Assembly (NCBI GenBank): GCA_964632315.1 | Contig: CAZWEM010000018.1 | Span: 1-64,000 of the forward strand | Direction: 5' to 3' | From: an uncultured archaeon | GTDB lineage: Archaea > Asgardarchaeota > Lokiarchaeia > Sigyniarchaeales > SOKP01 | Length of the DNA stretch: 64,000 nt | Part shown: in pieces, positions 60,389 through 64,000 of the stretch | Layout: each line of letters starts with the position of its first letter | How positions within the stretch are numbered: the stretch's first letter is position 1 | The notes under the pieces: generated by a model | The model's database searches: none | Told to the model about the DNA's origin: nothing | The model's input: only the letters and a program-made list of their open reading frames with translations | Program-made: the position numbers and the translations under genes

Positions 60389-63190
60389 ATGAAAGCTAAT
60401 AACATTATTGTCGTTTCCGAAACTCATTGGGATAGAGAATGGTATCTACCATTTCAAGAATTTCGGGTTAAGTTAATAAAAATGATGGATAATGTCATTG
60501 AAATTCTTCAGCAAAATCCCCGCTATAAAAGTTTCACATTGGATGGGCAAACTATCATACTTGAGGATTATTTAGAAATCAAACCAAACGAGAAGCTTAA
60601 AATTAAGAATCTGATTCAAAAAAGAAGGTTAATAATTGGACCATTATACGTAATGCCCGATGAATTCTTAGTAAGTGGTGAATCTATAATTCGAAACCTG
60701 TTGATTGGAATTCAAATGGCAAAAAAATTTGGTGGAGTAATGAAAGTTGGATATTTCCCCGACCCATTTGGTCACATTGCCCAACTTCCTCAAATCTTGC
60801 AAGGATTCGAAATCCCTGCAGTATTATTTTGGAGAGGGCTTGGTAATCAACTCTTAGAGAATCATTTAAGCTTGGAGTTTATCTGGAATGCTCCTGGAAA
60901 TGTGGCGAATGTTTTAGCAAGCTTAATGAAATTAAGTTATGGCTCCGTTGCAGGATTAGATACAAGAAAAAAAGAAGGTATTTTTAAAAAAGCATTGCAT
61001 ACATTAAACTGGGCTATATCTAAACTTGAACCGTTTGCAGCCACACCTATAATTTTATTAAATAATGGTACGGATCATAGTCTTGCCAATCCTAAGTTGC
61101 CTGAAATAATAGGGCAATGGAATGAATTTCATCCCGATAAACCAATGCTATTAGGCGATTTCGAGGAATATATTGAAAAGATTATGGTTTATAAAGAAAA
61201 ATTAAAAAGTTATCAAGGAGAATTAAGAGGAAGTAAATATATTCATCTTCTTTCTGGTGTTTTATCCAGTAGAATCTGGATCAAACAGCTTAATTCCCGA
61301 ATTGAGCACCTTTTTGAGAGATATGTGGAGCCCTTAACAACAATCAATTGGCTTTTGAACGATGACAAATCCATTACTTATCCAAAAGAACTTATATTAA
61401 ACGGATATAAATGGTTGATAAAAAATCACCCCCATGATTCTATTAGCGGGTGTTCTATTGATCCAGTATATGAAGAGATGAAAATTAGATATCAATGGGC
61501 GGAGCAGATCGGCTTAGAAGTATTAAGGACTTCACTTGTACAATTGGATAAATTGATCCAATTGAAGAGTGATTCCTTAAATAGTATTCATTTAATAATA
61601 TTTAATCCGTTACCTTGGAATAGAAAAGATATTGTTCAATTTAACATTCTTACTGAACTGAAAAGGGTCGGTAATAAAGCAAGAAGTTCGTTCGACATAT
61701 ATGACAGTAATGATAAGAAGATCAACTGTCAAGTAGAGGATATTGTTGAAGTTCCCAGATTTCGACATACTTCCTCAAAAAGTTACAAGTGTAGCTTTCT
61801 TGGAGAGGTTCCAGCATGTGGATATCAAATATACTACTTAAAACCACATAAAAAAGGTTCACTCGTGGATTTCAAGGTAAAAAAAATTACATCAAATACT
61901 TCTTCAATAGAGAACCAATACTACAAAATTAAAGTAGGAGAAACTGGAGAGATTGCAATATTCGATAAAGCTAGCGAAAAATGGTATCGAAATCTTAGCA
62001 TTATTGAAGATATTGGAGATTGGGGAGATCTTTATGATTATTCTGGCCCAAAAAAATTCCAGAATGATAAAATTTTTTCGACTAAGGAGATTACCCCTTT
62101 AAAAATCTTAACTACTTCAAATGGGAGAATTAGTAAAACAATCCAAATAGAATATGATTTTAAATTGCCCCAATCATTATCTAATGATCGACAAAACAGA
62201 GAAAATTATCTGGTATCCAATCCCATTTCAATTTCAATAACACTACATCACTGTATTAAACGCGTGAATATTAAAGTAAAAGTAGAGAATAATAGTAAAG
62301 ACCATAAGCTTCGTATCTTATTTCCGACCTCAATTAAAACAAATGAAGTTAAGTCCGATGATCATTTTTACGTAATTTCCCATTTTGTAAACCTTCCAGA
62401 GGGAAGTGGCTGGAATCAGAAACCCTCTACTACTAAATATAATAATAAGTTTGTCGCAGTTAACGATGCTGTAAAAATGTTTGCAATTTTAAATAAAGGA
62501 CTTTCTGAATATGAAGCATTTATAAATAATGATGGGTCTATTACAATTGGAATCACTTTATTACGCTGTGTTGAATGGTTATCTAGGTATGATTTGGAAA
62601 CACGTGATATAAATGCTGGTCCTGATTTACAAACACCTTCAGCTCAATGTATAGGCACTTATTTTTTCGAGTTATCTTTAGTTATAGATAATAACACACA
62701 AATGTTAGAAACTATCCATAACAGTAGTCTAGAATTTACTAATCCTCTTATGGCTTTATGTCCTGCTATGATTCAAACCAATCTAGGCACTCATGATAGA
62801 GTGATTCTGGCACCGCTTGGTATTTTATACCCCTATCACATAACAAAAAATGTTACAGGTAAACAACTTCTTCCACCACAATTTTCTTTCCTTTCAATTA
62901 ATAATAAGGCAATTATCCTAAGCATAATAAAAAAGGCGGAACAAGATAACGATGTAGTAGCGAGAGTTTATAATTTATCTTCTCAAACCCAATTAGCACA
63001 ATTATCATTTTATAGCGGTTTAAAAGTCATAGGGGTAAAAATAGTCAATCTCTTAGAAGAAGATCCAATAAATATGATTAAAGCAAAAATAAACTCGGTA
63101 GATGATAATTTAATTGAAATCCAGCTCGATCCCCATGTTATAGCTACAATAAAAATACAGTTCCAATTGAATTTTGAAAAATATAGCTAA
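60389..63190 (+). CDS. GH38 alpha-mannosidase family glycoside hydrolase
   Basis: THWDREWY, LDGQ, PDEFLVSGES, PDPFGH nucleophile, NG.DH, HPHDSISGCS. Confidence 0.92.
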   Translation: MKANNIIVVSETHWDREWYLPFQEFRVKLIKMMDNVIEILQQNPRYKSFTLDGQTIILEDYLEIKPNEKLKIKNLIQKRRLIIGPLYVMPDEFLVSGESIIRNLLIGIQMAKKFGGVMKVGYFPDPFGHIAQLPQILQGFEIPAVLFWRGLGNQLLENHLSLEFIWNAPGNVANVLASLMKLSYGSVAGLDTRKKEGIFKKALHTLNWAISKLEPFAATPIILLNNGTDHSLANPKLPEIIGQWNEFHPDKPMLLGDFEEYIEKIMVYKEKLKSYQGELRGSKYIHLLSGVLSSRIWIKQLNSRIEHLFERYVEPLTTINWLLNDDKSITYPKELILNGYKWLIKNHPHDSISGCSIDPVYEEMKIRYQWAEQIGLEVLRTSLVQLDKLIQLKSDSLNSIHLIIFNPLPWNRKDIVQFNILTELKRVGNKARSSFDIYDSNDKKINCQVEDIVEVPRFRHTSSKSYKCSFLGEVPACGYQIYYLKPHKKGSLVDFKVKKITSNTSSIENQYYKIKVGETGEIAIFDKASEKWYRNLSIIEDIGDWGDLYDYSGPKKFQNDKIFSTKEITPLKILTTSNGRISKTIQIEYDFKLPQSLSNDRQNRENYLVSNPISISITLHHCIKRVNIKVKVENNSKDHKLRILFPTSIKTNEVKSDDHFYVISHFVNLPEGSGWNQKPSTTKYNNKFVAVNDAVKMFAILNKGLSEYEAFINNDGSITIGITLLRCVEWLSRYDLETRDINAGPDLQTPSAQCIGTYFFELSLVIDNNTQMLETIHNSSLEFTNPLMALCPAMIQTNLGTHDRVILAPLGILYPYHITKNVTGKQLLPPQFSFLSINNKAIILSIIKKAEQDNDVVARVYNLSSQTQLAQLSFYSGLKVIGVKIVNLLEEDPINMIKAKINSVDDNLIEIQLDPHVIATIKIQFQLNFEKYS

Positions 63191-63210
63191 TGCAAATTTG
63201 GTGAATAATT

Positions 63211-64000
63211 ATGAATAAATTTTTAGATGAAATCCTGTTTCAAGGACAGGCACTTGAAAATTGTTATAACAGCATTTTGTATGAACAGAAGGAATCATTG
63301 ATTACTTTCTTTAATTATATTGATAGTCAACACGTAAAAAAATTAATTTTTACGGGTATGGGGTCAAGTTTTTATTGCACTTATGTTCCATTCATTATGT
63401 TAAAACAAGCAGGTTATAATGTTGAACGTATTGAAGCTGGAGAATTACTCCTACACGGTTTTCCTCTAACTGAAAATGAATCTAATTACAAAACAGTCGT
63501 TATTTTAATTTCTCAATCCGGGCAAACTGGAGAAATAGTCGAGTTGGTAAAGAAAATTCAAAACTTAAAAATAAAACCCTACACAGTTGGAATAACTAAT
63601 AATATAAATAGCTTTTTAGCTACACATACAGATCTCCAATTAATCTTAAATGTGGGTCCTGAAGTTTCTGTGACTTCAAAAACTTATGTGGGATCTCTTC
63701 TGGTAATGTATGTTCTTAGTCGGTTCTTAATTACAAAAAATCTTGATTCTGAGAATGAAAACAATATGATCAAACATCTTATCACAAAGATTAGACAATT
63801 CTTAATGAATAATAAAGCCCTTTCTGGTCTATTCGATATTATAGATGAAAAATTTGGAAATGATTATCAGTTTATTCAGATTCTTGCGAGAGGGCCCTCA
63901 ATGTCAACTGCTTATCAAGGAGCCTTAAATTTTAAAGAAATTGTTAAGATTACATCTGAGGCGACAACCGTATCTACGTTCAGACATGGCGGAATCGAAT
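63211..64000 (+). CDS. SIS-domain sugar-phosphate isomerase/deglycase (GlmS C-terminal-like), truncated by window end
   Basis: Read by hand: MNKFLDEILFQ...FTGMGSS...ISQSGQTGE...GITNN..S.LA...E.SVTSKTY...ARG...A..GALNFKE...FRHG. Confidence 0.85.
   Translation, partial: MNKFLDEILFQGQALENCYNSILYEQKESLITFFNYIDSQHVKKLIFTGMGSSFYCTYVPFIMLKQAGYNVERIEAGELLLHGFPLTENESNYKTVVILISQSGQTGEIVELVKKIQNLKIKPYTVGITNNINSFLATHTDLQLILNVGPEVSVTSKTYVGSLLVMYVLSRFLITKNLDSENENNMIKHLITKIRQFLMNNKALSGLFDIIDEKFGNDYQFIQILARGPSMSTAYQGALNFKEIVKITSEATTVSTFRHGGIE

Overview
AT-rich chromosomal window from an Asgard archaeon, most likely Lokiarchaeia. The assignment rests on a Loki-type profilin, four Rab/Ras-like small GTPases, longin and V4R proteins, CDC48, PSTK, tetraether lipid synthase, TBP and a Loki-CTERM surface protein. 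It holds about 62 densely packed CDSs. I found no rRNA, tRNA, CRISPR array or recognisable transposase. The main finding is that the TATA-binding protein gene (18710-19396) is interrupted by a 30-nt insert (19083-19112) carrying an in-frame TAA. The insert and flanking exons fold into a bulge-helix-bulge-like structure, and its predicted cleavage points restore the conserved QNIVASGDL motif exactly. It is therefore a candidate tRNA-endonuclease-type mRNA intron in an essential basal transcription factor. Other notable items are an 11 x 35-aa repeat protein with nebulin-like periodicity, an orphan structured ~117-nt intergenic element, two V4R/small-GTPase gene clusters, a polytopic membrane protein fused to a longin domain, a probable ATT-initiated gene and several gene remnants. 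All functional calls come from motif recognition by eye; no searches were run.
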